A DNA stretch of 63,747 nucleotides, filler included, from Octopus bimaculoides (GCF_001194135.2; 7 parts of 6 records of this genome joined end to end with filler, not necessarily neighbours in it); one strand, 5' to 3'. Positions 13,335-27,130 are shown, counted from the first letter of the whole stretch. Notes: generated by a model from the sequence alone, not told the origin. Made by a program: numbers and translations.

Positions 13335-13475
13335 ATGGCCGAATCGTTAGCACGTCGGGCGAAATGCTTTGCCGCGTTTCGTCTGCCGCTACGTTCTGAG
13401 TTCAAATTCCGCCGAGGTCGACTTTGCCTTTCATCTTTTTGGGATCGATAAATTAAGTACCAGTTACACAAGGCT
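13335..13475 (+). mobile_element. SINE family B copy
   Basis: gaatcgttagcacgtcgggcgaaatgctt...gagttcaaattccgccgaggtcgactttgcctttcatc...gataaattaagtaccagt. Further copies lie near 15403-15725, 16250-16380, 27575-27680, 35280-35655(-), 38935-39120, 40278-40450, 49885-50050(-), 50905-51092 and 61640-61694(-). Confidence 0.9.
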
Positions 13476-14229
13476 GGCTCTTTGAAATACGGGTACAACT
13501 CACCTGCCCTTGTGGCAAAAATTTGAAATAATTATCATAGTTATTATTGTTGGCAGAATCGTTAGCATGCCGGATAAAATGTTTANNNNNNNNNNNNNNN
13601 NNNNNNNNNNNNNNNNNNNNNNNNNNNNNNNNNNNNNNNNNNNNNNNNNNNNNNNNNNNNNNNNNNNNNNNNNNNNNNNNNNNNNNNNNNNNNNNNNNNN
13701 NNNNNNNNNNNNNNNNNNNNNNNNNNNNNNNNNNNNNNNNNNNNNNNNNNNNNNNNNNNNNNNNNNNNNNNNNNNNNNNNNNNNNNNNNNNNNNNNNNNN
13801 NNNNNNNNNNNNNNNNNNNNNNNNNNNNNNNNNNNNNNNNNNNNNNNNNNNNNNNNNNNNNNNNNNNNNNNNNNNNNNNNNNNNNNNNNNNNNNNNNNNN
13901 NNNNNNNNNNNNNNNNNNNNNNNNNNNNNNNNNNNNNNNNNNNNNNNNNNNNNNNNNNNNNNNNNNNNNNNNNNNNNNNNNNNNNNNNNNNNNNNNNNNN
14001 NNNNNNNNNNNNNNNNNNNNNNNNNNNNNNNNNNNNNNNNNNNNNNNNNNNNNNNNNNNNNNNNNNNNNNNNNNNNNNNNNNNNNNNNNNNNNNNNNNNN
14101 NNNNNNNNNNNNNNNNNNNNNNNNNNNNNNNNNNNNNNNNNNNNNNNNNNNNNNNNNNNNNNNNNNNNNNNNNNNNNNNNNNNNNNNNNNNNNNNNNNNN
14201 NNNNNNNNNNNNNNNNNNNNNNNNNNNNN

Positions 14230-14380
14230 ATACGACGGGCTTCCACTCACAAAGCTTTGGTCTGCCCGAGGTTATAGTAGAAAAAAACTTGCCCAAGCTG
14301 CTACGCAGCGGGGCTGAACCTGGAAACCTGGAAGCCATGTGGTTGGGAAGCAAGCTTCTTACCACACAGCCACGCCTGCA
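14230..14380 (-). mobile_element. SINE family A head
   Basis: Reverse complement of ggcgtggctgtgtggtaagaagcttgcttcccaaccacatgg...gggcaag. Confidence 0.8.
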
Positions 14381-14637
14381 CCTAGGGAAACTCATTAAAT
14401 CGTCAACAGTAGGGGAGAAACCACGGTTACAGGCAACGACAGCAGTAGCACGCCGCCGCCGCCACCACCACCACCACCACCACCACCACCAGTATCAACA
14501 CCTTCGTCACTGCTGTTAGCGGTGGTGGCGGAGGAGGCGATGGGAGATGCAGACAATCCGCTGCCGTCGTCGAGAGCTGATACAGGAGCTGTCAGAATTA
14601 TGACAGCAACAGCTGTCACCGTTAAAACCACCACCAT

Positions 14638-14669
<32 letters not shown>

Positions 14670-15869
14670 CAATACCAGCATCAGAATGCTAATACTCCCA
14701 CGGCTACTCACGCAGCCAATTACAGTAGCAGCAACAGAGAACGATGCATCTCCAGTCCCTCGCTCCGCCATAAACATATGATACACAAAGAAGCAAGCAG
14801 CGGTCAATCACCCCTAATGGAGTCAGCAGCTGCCAGAATTAGTACCTCTGGACATATCTTAGTCTATTTACCTTTCTGTCTGTCTCTATCTATCTAGCTT
14901 TCTCTCTCTCTTTTATCTTTTCTCTTTCCAAAAGAAAAAAAAACGTTTCTCCTAGCGTTCACTATTTTCCTCTCGTTCTGGTCTAACGACTCTCCACTGT
15001 CATTTTTTTGTTCCCATCTTTCACCCTTCATAAATCCAAAATTTTACTTTAGAATTTATGGGAGCAACTGTCTTTGAAGACTCATATTGACGTTGAATGC
15101 TTGAAATGAGAAGTAGATAGCTAGCCGTCAACTGATGACGGGTCTTTTCTGTGTGTTAACTTGTCGTTTTCCATTTTTTTTTCTCGCTGTATACGTATTT
15201 CACTCGTTTTTCCCGCGTTTGTTTATGTATTTCATGTTATTTGTACTGTTGGTGACGTCCTGTACCCATATATGCATATATATATATATATATATATATA
15301 TANNNNNNNNNNNNNNNNNNNNNNNNNNNNNNNNNNNNNNNNNNNNTTAATTAATTAANNNNNNNNNNNNNNNNNNNNNNNNNNNNNNNNNNNNNNNNNN
15401 NNAGGTCAACTTTGCCTTTCATCCTTTCGAGGTTGATAAACTAAGTACCAGTTGCGTACTGGGGTCGATCTAATCGACTGCCCCCCCCCCTTCCCCAAAA
15501 TTTCGGACATTGTGCCTAGAGTAGAAAAAGAATCGTTAGCACGCCAGGCAAAATGCTTAACGGTATTTCGTCTGCCGCTACGTTCTGAGTTCAAATTCCG
15601 CCGAGGTCATCTTTACTTTTCATCCTTTCGGGGTCGATAAAACAAGTACCAGTTGAGCACTAGGGTCGGCGTAATCGACAAACCCCCTCCTCCAACATTA
15701 CAGGCCTTACACCTTTAGTAGAAAGGATTATTGTTGTTGCTATTCTTATTCTTATTCTTATTCTTCCTCATCTTCTGATTATTATTATTAAAACTATTCT
15801 TCCTCTTCTTCTCATTATTATTATTATTATTATAACTATTGCATGTTATATTTTTTATCATGAATGTTT

Positions 15870-16156
15870 CCTTGTGGCTTGGTGAGAAGTCTCCTTGAAT
15901 CTCAAGAACCTTACTGAAAACAAGATTGGACTCTTCTGTAGTTCGGCAGTACGATTTTCAATTCTACCATCCTTCAGCTTCTTTCATACCAGAATGGATG
16001 TTGTGCCAAGTACACCAATTACCACAGGAATAATTGCTGTCTTACACTTCTACAATCTCTTCATATCTCTGGCTACGTCTGGAAGTTTCTAAAATTTGCT
16101 TCAATTTCTATGGTATCCGCTCTATTATCATAAGTAATTGCAATTTCTGCCGGGTT
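15870..16156 (-). mobile_element. 5'-truncated Dong/R4-like LINE fragment (RLE C-terminus)
   Basis: Minus-strand translation EIAITYDNR...KTAIIPVVIGVLGT...AELQKSPILFSVRFLR; flanked by a (TAA)n tail and (TAG)n repeats. Confidence 0.75.
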
Positions 16157-16160
16157 ACAT

Positions 16161-16217
<57 letters not shown>

Positions 16218-16384
16218 TTTTCATTGTTGTTATTATTATCATTATTATCAAGGTGGTGAGCTGGCAGAATCGTTAGCACGCAAGACAAAATGATTAGCGG
16301 CATTTCGTCCGTTTTCCCGTTCTGAGTTCAAATTTGCCTGAGATCGATTCTGCCTTTCCTCATTTCGGAGTCGATGACTTAACT

Positions 16385-16521
16385 TCCAGCCAGAAGTTTA
16401 CCAATTTCAACGGATTTTGCTCAAATTTGACGTCGGTGTTACTCAGTTTGGTTTGAAATAAAGAACTTGATTAGCTAAATAATCCTAAGTTAATCCCGGG
16501 CAAAGCCGGGCTATACTGCTA

Positions 16522-16522
<1 letters not shown>
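16385..16522 (+). mobile_element. Helitron/Helentron-like non-autonomous 3' terminus
   Basis: Hairpin cccgg-gcaaag-ccggg (16495-16510) followed by CTAG|T at 16519-16522. Confidence 0.65.
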
Positions 16523-16562
<40 letters not shown>

Positions 16563-16625
16563 TACATATATACATACATACATGCATGTATACATACATA
16601 CATATATACATACATGCATGCATGT

Positions 16626-16745
<120 letters not shown>

Positions 16746-16779
16746 ATGTATGTATGTATGTATGTATAAAAGAATAAAG

Positions 16780-17120
16780 GCATGAGTGGGTGGGTGGTAA
16801 GAAGCTTGCCTCCCACCACATGGTTCCGGGTTCAGTCCTACTGCGTGGCACTTTGTTTCTCTACTCTAGCCTCGGGCCGATCAAAGCCTTATGAATGGAT
16901 TTGGTAGACGGAAACTGAAAGAATCCCGTCGTACATATATATGTGTTTGTGTGTGTGTGTGTGTGTGTATTTATCCCCGTAATCTAGCGGTTCGGCAAAA
17001 GTGTCTGATCGAATAAGTACTAGGCTTACAAAGAATAAGTCCTGGGGTCGATTTGTTCGACTATAATCGGGCCTCCAGCATAGCCGCAGTGAAATGACTG
17101 AAACAAGTAAGAGACTAAAA
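16780..17120 (+). mobile_element. SINE family A, near full length
   Basis: tRNA-like head, internal microsatellite, tail ...gcagtgaaatgactgaaacaagtaa. Confidence 0.88.
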
Positions 17121-17158
17121 GGATAAAAGTATATACACATATAGTACATGTATACATC

Positions 17159-17221
<63 letters not shown>

Positions 17222-17731
17222 GTGTGTAGTGTCTCACACCCATATGTATATGTATATATGTACATTATTAGCGTTTTGTTTTTTTTGCTTCTCTAGTGAA
17301 ATATTAAGCTTCAGAAAATTAGCTTAATCATGTTGTGTCACAAACACACGCGAGGCATGCACATTGGCAATTGGCGCATACTCCTCACTGCAGAGTGTAA
17401 TTGAGCTAATCCAGATATTGCCTTTTATTCGATGACGCTATGATTAATTCATTGTGGATAAGAACTCACGGCATGTGGAATTAATATTTTTACGCCTCAA
17501 TGTATGCATTGGCCTTGAAAGGCAGCGGAAAATATATGTCTCACAGAGTATTAACCATTTACTGAATTATACACCGAATTCTATGGAACAAATGTATTAA
17601 ATTTGCATTTTCCTAATGAACTGGAAGTCATTTACATATTTAATGATTAATATTTATGTTTCTAACACACACACACATATATTCAAGCAGATATGCATAT
17701 CTGTCTACCTATCTATCTATCTATCTATCTA

Positions 17732-17779
<48 letters not shown>

Positions 17780-20011
17780 TGCATATATTTATTCGCTTAT
17801 TTAGGTATATGGAAAGAGAGGTGCGCGGAGTTGTGAGCATTAGTCAAATGCATTGTTAATGTATTTCTAAGCAAAGCCAAAGTAAGCGGTCTCACAGTTC
17901 TCTTTGAAACTAAAACAATGATAAATATAAAACGTACAATTTCAAAACGAATGAAATGGCAACATATTAAATCATGCATATTCATATCTGGGACATTATT
18001 ATCTTCCAGTGTGCTAAATGAATGGAAAACCAGACATATTTATTATTTCTCAATATCGTTTAGAGATATTTTATTCAATTTTGGAATTGATTCTTCGATT
18101 AAGAGGAATCATTTCTACTATTGGTCCTTGGCATCAACATCCAGTTGATTAATCTTAACCTTTCTGACAATGTCGATTCGCTTACGTTAAGCACGCGTTT
18201 ATATCCGGGACATAATTGTGTTTTAGAAAGAGAGATGCGTTTATTTGGTTAACTTATACCTCAGGAAACTAGTTATGCAAATAATCCTGTTTATATATAC
18301 ACCCACTGCTGTAGTGAATTGGAGGATGACATGTGGTTAACAGGATTGAAATATCGGAAGATTCGAAGAAATATTCTCGAAAGGTTTCGTTGAGTGCTCC
18401 ACAATTTTGTGTTTATAAATGAAATCCAAGTTCTGCTGGACCGGAGAAGACGTAATGTTCACAGATACCCGGTCGATCTGTGCAGTTGCCGAGTTGTAGC
18501 CAAGAGTTCGCAAAAGGCTAATCGGGATGCCTTCATGACGAGATGAAGACGATTTATTTAAACGATTTGTGCCAAAATAGAGAAGAATAGCGCAATCAAG
18601 ACAGAATTGAAAGTGCATTGCCGCTAGCGATGTATAACAATATCAGATAATCCGATTGATACAGTGACACACACATACATACGTACATACATATATACAT
18701 TCATACATACCTATACACATATACGCGTACATATAGAAAATATATACGTAGATATGTATATATATGTTTATATATGTATATGTATATATATGTATGTATT
18801 TATGTATCCATGTATTTAATCATGTATGTATTTATGCGAATACATATACGCACACGCAGAGACATATGCGCACGGACACACGACACACGTATATAAACAT
18901 TGTCCAGATGGTAGGACGGTGGTACTGAGAAAGCCTTCATCTGATTCTCACCCATATGGAAACTATACGCAGTAAATTGGGGTCATATATTTATGTACTC
19001 GTTTGTGTTTGTATTTACGCATGCGTGTATACACATATATACATACATACACACACACATATATATATACACATATATGCATATCTATACTCACACACAC
19101 ACACACACACATACATACGTACGTACTATATATTCATATATATCTTACATATATCCATACATACACTCACACGTACATATATAAATGTGTGTATATATAT
19201 ATATAAATGTGTGTATATATATATAAATGCGTATATATATATATATATANNNNNNNNNNNNNNNNNNNNNNNNNNNNNNNNTGTACATATGTACATGTAT
19301 ATATGTATATGCATATGTGTGTGCTTGTGTGTATGTTTGTGTGTGTGTGTGTGTATACATATAAAAGTACATATAGATGCATAAATCATACACTTCTAAG
19401 AATGTATATATTCTTTGTATTTATTTTTACTGTTATTCGTGCGTAATGGCGTGTCTTGGGTTTCGTACGATTTCAGAAACCAGGAAAATGATTTATATCT
19501 TTCCGGGTCACAAATAACTAGTACCAGTTAAACTCTTTAGTAAGTGGGGGCCACTATTAAATTCCTAGTTTATTCATAAATCAAAACGGCTAACATTCTG
19601 CACAAAACTTGAATTACAGTTCCTGTATATTTCACATTAATTAACGTAAGGGAATCAAATCAGGTCGTTAACAGCAACAAGAGCGGGATATCGGTACAAC
19701 TGCACCGGTGTTCGAGTCCCGGTGAACTAAATGCACACATATCCATTCACATGCACACATAAACACATATATATATATGCATATTTTAAATTACAAATAT
19801 GTATGTGTCAATAACTATACAGACAAATATATTTTATGATTTAGCTCATAAAGATAAAACTAATTTTTAATACTATCTTCGAGTAACACACATATATGTC
19901 TGCCCGAGGCTAATGTAAAAGAGACTCGCCGAAGGTGCTACGCAGTGGGGCAACCTGGATCCCTTTTTGTTGGGAAGCAAGCCTTCTACCACACAGCCAC
20001 ACCTACGCCTG

Positions 20012-20076
<65 letters not shown>

Positions 20077-20124
20077 TTACGTTATATTTTGACATTTGTA
20101 AGCATTTTCATGGGCCACGTCCAA

Positions 20125-20194
20125 TATTCGCAGTTTTTCACTATTCGCGAGTGCTCTAAGAACGTAACCCCCGCGAATACCGGGGGATTACTGT
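20125..20194. mobile_element. Tigger/pogo-like MITE terminus
   Basis: Ends ...cccccgcgaataccgggggattactgt (reverse complement acagtaatccccc), a recalled Tigger-type TIR. Confidence 0.6.
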
Positions 20195-20998
20195 GCAACC
20201 ATTACCCATTTTTGTCTCCAATCTCATTGCTTGATTACATTTGACGTCGCGATACGAAACATAGCAAAAATCAGTGACGGCTACAGTTTCTATAGAATAT
20301 CTGCAGAAATAAACTTAGCAAAAATAATATAAGAACGTAAGGCTTTGCCGTCATCCATATTTGACGAGTGAGATATCATATATACATAAAAGGCAGTTTT
20401 CTAACATGGCCGCCATGCGATGATTGAACCCAGTAAAGGAATATAAAATAATGTATGTATGCGTGTGTTATTGTATGTACCTATATGTTTAGGTTAACAC
20501 AGTGTGCGTGTGTATGTGCGAGTGTATATGTGTATGCATGAGAGGATATGTGAGTATGTGTGTCAGTGTGCGTGTGTGTGTGTGTGTGCGTGTGTTTGTG
20601 TGTATGTGTGAATGTATGAGTTTAAGTATACGTGCACGAGTGTGTGTGTGTGTGCATGTGCGTACGTGCGTGTTTGTGTGTGTGTGTGTGTGTGTGTTTT
20701 ACTGTGCCGAGTGTATTTTGTTAACCTTGAGCATAAAGCGGAAAATTATTTTTGTGGAAATCGTAAAGCGAAACTAGAACATACGATACCATAAATTACA
20801 CCTCCACCCCCCACAAACCCACCATTCACACATACACCTCAACCCCCTCCCCCAAACACAAACATATTCTCATACACGCACATAGCACACACTCAAACAC
20901 AGACTCACAACACCAAAACTCTCACACAAACTCATCACACACACACATATATACACACACTCATACACATACGTAATTATATACAAATCTAAACTCAC

Positions 20999-21045
<47 letters not shown>

Positions 21046-21374
21046 NNNNNNNNNNNNNNNNNNNNNNNNNNNNNNNNNNNNNNNNNNNNNNNNNNNNNNN
21101 NNNNNNNNNNNNNNNNNNNNNNNNNNNNNNNNNNNNNNNNNNNNNNNNNNNNNNNNNNNNNNNNNNNNNNNNNNNNNNNNNNNNNNNNNNNNNNNNNNNN
21201 NNNNNNNNNNNNNNNNNNNNNNNNNNNNNNNNNNNNNNNNNNNNNNNNNNNNNNNNNNNNNNNNNNNNNNNNNNNNNNNNNNNNNNNNNNNNNNNNNNNN
21301 NNNNNNNNNNNNNNNNNNNNNNNNNNNNNNNNNNNNNNNNNNNNNNNNNNNNNNNNNNNNNNNNNNATAGATAG

Positions 21375-21457
<83 letters not shown>

Positions 21458-21917
21458 TATTTACATACATATGTATATATTATATCATATTATATTATAT
21501 TATATTATATTATATTATATTATATTATATTCATACATGTCCTTCTTCAACGAACCTATTTTCTCGCGCGTACATTTCAATTAATTACAACACCTCCACA
21601 TATACGGCTATCTCACCAATCTGTTCCCGCTGTTTCATACGCAAGCACACAGCCAAATAGTCATAACACATTAACGCGCCCACAAAATGGCAGCTATATC
21701 TCACCGCAGGTACGCAAGAGCTGAATGCATGCTTATTCAGGCATCTACAAAATATACACAAACACGCGTATAAAAGCCACTCTTTCTTCCCTCACATACA
21801 TGCATCACACAATGTTGCACACATTTCACACACACACACACACACACACACGTGAAGTTGTCTGGAGGCCGTGGTTAAAGCCAACGGTGATTGTGTTAAA
21901 GGAATTTACTCTTCACT

Positions 21918-22300
21918 GTGGAGGCGCAATGGACCAGTGGTTAGGGCAGCGGACTCGCGGTCATAGGATCGCGGTTTCGATTCCCAGACCGGGCGTTGTG
22001 AGTGTTTATTGAGCGAAAACATGTAAAGCTCCACGAGGCATCCTGCAGGGGATGGTGGCGAACCCTGCTGTACTCTTCCACCACAACTTTCTCTCACTCT
22101 TACTTCCTGTTTCTGTTGTACCTGTAATTCAAAGGGTCAGCCTTGTCACACTGTGTCACGCTGAATATCCCCGAGAACTACGTTAAGGGTACACGTGTCT
22201 GTGGAGTGCTCACCCACTTGATGTTAATTTCACGAGCAGGCTGTTCCGTTGATCGGATCAACTGGAACCCTCGACGTCGTAAACGACGGAGTGCCAACAA
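21918..22300 (+). mobile_element. tRNA-derived SINE family D, full length, flanked by a ~130-bp direct repeat
   Basis: Head ggcgcaatggaccagtggttagggcagcggactcgcggtc...ggtttcgattccc; direct repeats at 21786-21915 and 22301-22422. Confidence 0.92.
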
Positions 22301-22684
22301 CTTCCCTCACATACATGCAACACACAATGTTGCACACATTTCACACACACACACACACGTGAAGTTGTCTGGAGGCCGTGGTTAAAGCCAACGGTGATTG
22401 TATTAAATGGATTTACTCTTCAGTATCTCAAGATATTTTTATGTAATTTTGGTAAATATATCTTATAAAATTAGATGTCAGTGTTATTTTAATTTTTGCG
22501 TAATTTAGACGACAGTTTATTCACAGCATCCTGTGCATCCACCACCCCCCACCCTCACACACACATACGTAACTTGTTTTAAATCTCTGAGCGAGTGATA
22601 TACAGTAACAGTATTGAATAGCAAAGTTTATATGCCAACAGAATGTGGCAGTCGTATAAAGGACGATGTTACTGTTGTTTTATT

Positions 22685-22895
22685 ATTTTCTACTCTAGGC
22701 ACAAGGCCCGAAATTTTGAGGGAGGGGGCCAGTCGATTAGATCGACTTCAGTACGCAACTGGTACTTAATTTATCGACCCCGAAACGATGAAAGGCAAAT
22801 TCGACCTCGGCGGAATTTGAACTCAGAACGTAAAGACAGACGAAATACCGCTAAGCATTTCGCCCGACGCGCTAACGTTTCTGCCAGCTCGCAGC
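22685..22895 (-). mobile_element. SINE family B, near full length
   Basis: Reverse complement of the family B sequence seen at 13335 and 15530. Confidence 0.9.
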
Positions 22896-23314
22896 CTCGT
22901 TACTGTTGTTTTATTGATATCAACACGCGCACACATGGATTGTAATTCTCGTTGCAATACCAGCGATTGTGAAGACAGCATTAGTCGGTAGCATTGACCG
23001 ATCGCTCATCTTACCGAACTTTACCGAACCAAAACACTGCGAATGTGGCGTATTACTCAGACTTGGACTTGCCAAGATTTAGTGCCAGAATTTAATGAGC
23101 AAGAATACCGCAGTTACCGCAAAGCATTTTATCCGCTGATCTAACTGTTCTGCCAACTTATTTCCCGTTACATGTACCATGAGTGTGTGCGTATGTGTGT
23201 GTCGTGGGTGTGTCTGTGCGTATCTGTGCGTGTATATGTGTGCGCGTGTGAGTGTATNNNNNNNNNNAAGAAACAATGATTATATATATAAATATATATG
23301 TGTGTGTGTGTGTG

Positions 23315-23345
<31 letters not shown>

Positions 23346-24799
23346 ATGTATGTATATAGATTCAGATAAATATGGTACTTAAGTAGAGGCACCAGAATTT
23401 AGTACGGTATTATCCATACAGTTTCAAAATAAGAATCAAAATAAGCAACAAGGATTGTCTAATAAGAGCAAAATACCCAATCTTTCTGCTGTTTTCACGG
23501 CAAAACTGTGTTCGAAATTTACTTTCTTGTCTGTAAAATAAATAAATATATATATTCGCTTCCGTCCCCTGTTAATTGACATAACGTAGAACGTATTTGC
23601 TTCAATTTAGAGTGGTGTAACGGTATATTTCCATTAGAATACTAAATAAATTAAAACGATAAACAGGAAACCGACAGTAAGTAAATTCAAATTGAAGTTA
23701 GATTCTTAAATAGCCACACGGAACAGACACTATGAAAATTGGAGTAAATAAAATCAAATATAAATGAAATTAACATAGACGGTTAAGGAAACAGAGCTTT
23801 AACGTAACACCAGGACATTAAACTAAAAGCAGAGACGGATGATTTAGAAGTATAAAAGTGAAGGCAAATTATCTAAATCATGAATAATAATATCGTGAGT
23901 TCGGTTACATATAGATATATGTATTAATGAAGTAGCGAACGTCGTTATATAACATTAATAAAAGATTTTAAAGACTTATGTTATCTATAGTTATTATATT
24001 ATAAGCTGTACTGCTTATGTTCGTTCGTGTATCTGTATAGATCTTCACACGAGTACATTAATGGTATTAGTTAAATGTTAAAGTGATTGAGTGCGGGAGT
24101 TACATTTCTTCAACAATTAATGTCAATCCTGTTTTATTTTATTACTCTAATTTTCTACGATAATTTTCATACAATGTTCCTCGCTATCATTTAAGACTCT
24201 GTATTGTAAGTGAGTGTATATTTTTTATCACTTTTCGTTATGGTGTTATATTTAGTATTTTAATAACATTTTAACGACGTACCAAAGTAAATAATCACAT
24301 TCTAAACGACTTCAATTGACAGGTAAGGTTAACGAAGTCATATCCGTTTATGTATACCAACATTCACATACATACGTATGCACACACACGCACACTCGTG
24401 CGCGCACGCACGCACACACATACACACACATATACATATATATATATATATACATATATGTACTTACATATACGTGTGTGTGAGAGAGAGAGCGTGTGCG
24501 TGTGTATACACATACATTCATATAAATGTACGTAAATGTATATAAATGTATTATTTATGTATGTATACACAGATGTATGTATGCTCTCTTCTGATTTTAA
24601 CTATTTAAATATTTTCTTTGACAAAGGAGTTGACTTCTGACAGAGAAACAAATTTCCATCGTTGGATAACAAAAAGAATGTCACATCTTTAACTTGAGAA
24701 AATTCTTGCATATTTTCACTGTTCCATTTACAGATTGTATCTACAATGTGTGAGTTAGTTGGTGGATTTCTTTTTCTAAAAATCCAAGCTTATCCAAAC

Positions 24800-25460
24800 T
24801 GTCAGGTATTTACTCCCAAAACCAAGATGGGGCAGGGATCATCTCGGGTTGGTGGTCCTAGGGGCGTCATCGTGCGTAGAGCCAACCGGGTCCACCTGTA
24901 CTCCCCATCACTGACGGTCCCGTGCCAGCCCCTCTGCTTCCTCGAAGATGAGATCATGCCTCTACAGTATTCCTTAATCACGTCCAGCCATCTGGTATGG
25001 CCTCTGCCACGAAGTCTCTTCCAGTCCTCTGTTGCTGCCTCGAATGAGAGTAAGGCCCTGATAGGATAATCTGCTGGAAGGTGGAGTACATGTCCGTACC
25101 AGCGCATGCGGCGGATAGCTACGAGTTGGGAGGCTGCAGGCCGATCCGTGTGCAGACGTAGTTCTTTGTTGTACACGTGATGGTACCTCCTGATGTTCTT
25201 GGTGATTCTCAGACGTTGTCGAGCCTCTTTGCCAAGGGTTTTGTAAAGGGTCACTTTCCTGATTCATAGAGGAGAATGGAGAGGACCGACGCGTTGTAGA
25301 TGCGGAGCTTCGTCTTCCGGGAGATAGAACAGTGACGTTAAAGGGGCTTCCATACAGTGTACATGATCCCAGTGGCCAGCCCTCATATATGGTTGATCTC
25401 TAAGGTCAGGTCCCCATCGTTGGTGACTGTGAAACCTAAGTAGATGAAGGAGCTGACAAA
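24800..25460 (-). mobile_element. RTE-clade LINE 3' fragment (post-RT domain)
   Basis: FIYLG...SRKTKLRIYNASVLSILLYES...RRMRWYGHVLHLPADYP...WKRLRGRGHTRWLDVIK; several disablements. Confidence 0.88.
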
Positions 25461-25595
25461 AAGGATGAGATTACATTCATAGGGCACATAATTTGCATAT
25501 GATGCGAAAATGAGCTCAAAGAAATAACTCAATGCAGCCAGCTGCAGGACCCGGTCTCACTCATTGCCTTAACACTGACAGACAGACAGACAGAC

Positions 25596-25664
<69 letters not shown>

Positions 25665-25962
25665 TCTTTTTATTATAGCCACACAGGGCTAAATACAGAA
25701 AATNNNNNNNNNNNNNNNNNNNNNNNNNNNNNNNNNNNNNNNNNNNNTTAATTAATTAANNNNNNNNNNNNNNNNNNNNNNNNNNNNNNNNNNNNNNNNN
25801 NNNTCATCATCATCATCGTCATTACCATCATCATCGTCATCATCGTCATCATCATCATCATCATCATCATCATCGTCATCATCATCATCATCATTTTCAT
25901 CAGTCATCACCATCGTCATCATCAGTCATTATAATCAATGTCATTACCATCATTATTGTTTT

Positions 25963-26010
<48 letters not shown>

Positions 26011-26111
26011 AAGAGAGAGATACATAAAGGCATACATACATACCTGCACACATGCATACATACATACATACATAGAGAGAAAGGTAGATAGCTAGTGAGA
26101 GATAGATAGGT

Positions 26112-26156
<45 letters not shown>

Positions 26157-26283
26157 AAGGAAGGCAGAAAGATAGTGAAAGAGATAGATAGGTAGATAGA
26201 TAGAGAGAGAGATATGTGGATATATCGTGAGAGACAGAGAAAGAGAGAGATATATTGTAAGAGATAGAAATAGATATATAGAA

Positions 26284-26336
<53 letters not shown>

Positions 26337-26397
26337 TGGACAGACAGATAGACAGACATACTCACACACATGCACGTGCTCACACAGACTCACTCAA

Positions 26398-26453
<56 letters not shown>

Positions 26454-26822
26454 AAGTATGTGTACGTGTTTGCCTGGTGACTATATCAAGTTAATTAAGC
26501 ATTCATTTCAAATTTGAATTTATCTTGTTATACTTAAATTTCATTATAAATTAATTATAATTGTCTTACNNNNNNNNNNNNNNNNNNNNNNNNNNNNNNN
26601 NNNNNNNNNNNNNNNNNNNNNNNNNNNNNNNNNNNNNNNNNNNNNNNNNNNNNNNNNNNNNNNNNNNNNNNNNNNNNNNNNNNNNNNNNNNNNNNNNNNN
26701 NNNNNNNNNNNNNNNNNNNNNNNNNNNNNNNNNNNNNNNNNNNNNNNNNNNNNNNNNNNNNNNNNNNNNNNNNNNNNNNNNNNNNNNNNNNNNNNNNNNN
26801 NNNNNNNNNNNNNNNNNNNNNN

Positions 26823-27130
26823 CAGGACTTCTTTGGAAGCCTAGTACTTATTCTATTGGTCTCTTTTGCCGAACCGCTAAGTTACGGGGACGTAAACACA
26901 CCAGCATCGTTTGTCAAGCGATGTTGGGGGGGACAAACTCACACTAACATATATATATATATATACATATGTACAACAGGCTTCTTTCAGTTTCCGTCTA
27001 GCAAATCGACTCACAAAGCTTTGGTTGGCCCGAAGCTATAGTAGAAGACACTTGCCCAAGGTGCCACACAGTGGGACTGAACCCGGAACCATGTGGTCGG
27101 TAAGCAAGCTACTTACCACTCCTGCGCCTA
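26823..27130 (-). mobile_element. SINE family A, near full length, upstream of the first visible DNAAF11 exon
   Basis: Reverse complement of the family A sequence. Confidence 0.9.

Noticed and set aside
18915-18985. GRWY*ESLHLILTHMETIRSK, loosely like LRRC6 GRWYTD / PESRLETLRHMEKQRK
   Set aside because: In-frame stop, the two motifs are wrongly spaced and the donor is poor; most likely chance.
19690-19730. tRNA-like T-arm (ccggtgttcgagtcccgg)
   Set aside because: No D-arm, anticodon arm or acceptor stem; not a tRNA gene.
21918-21995. SINE heads as tRNA genes
   Set aside because: They continue into repeat bodies with TSDs and lack a proper cloverleaf end.
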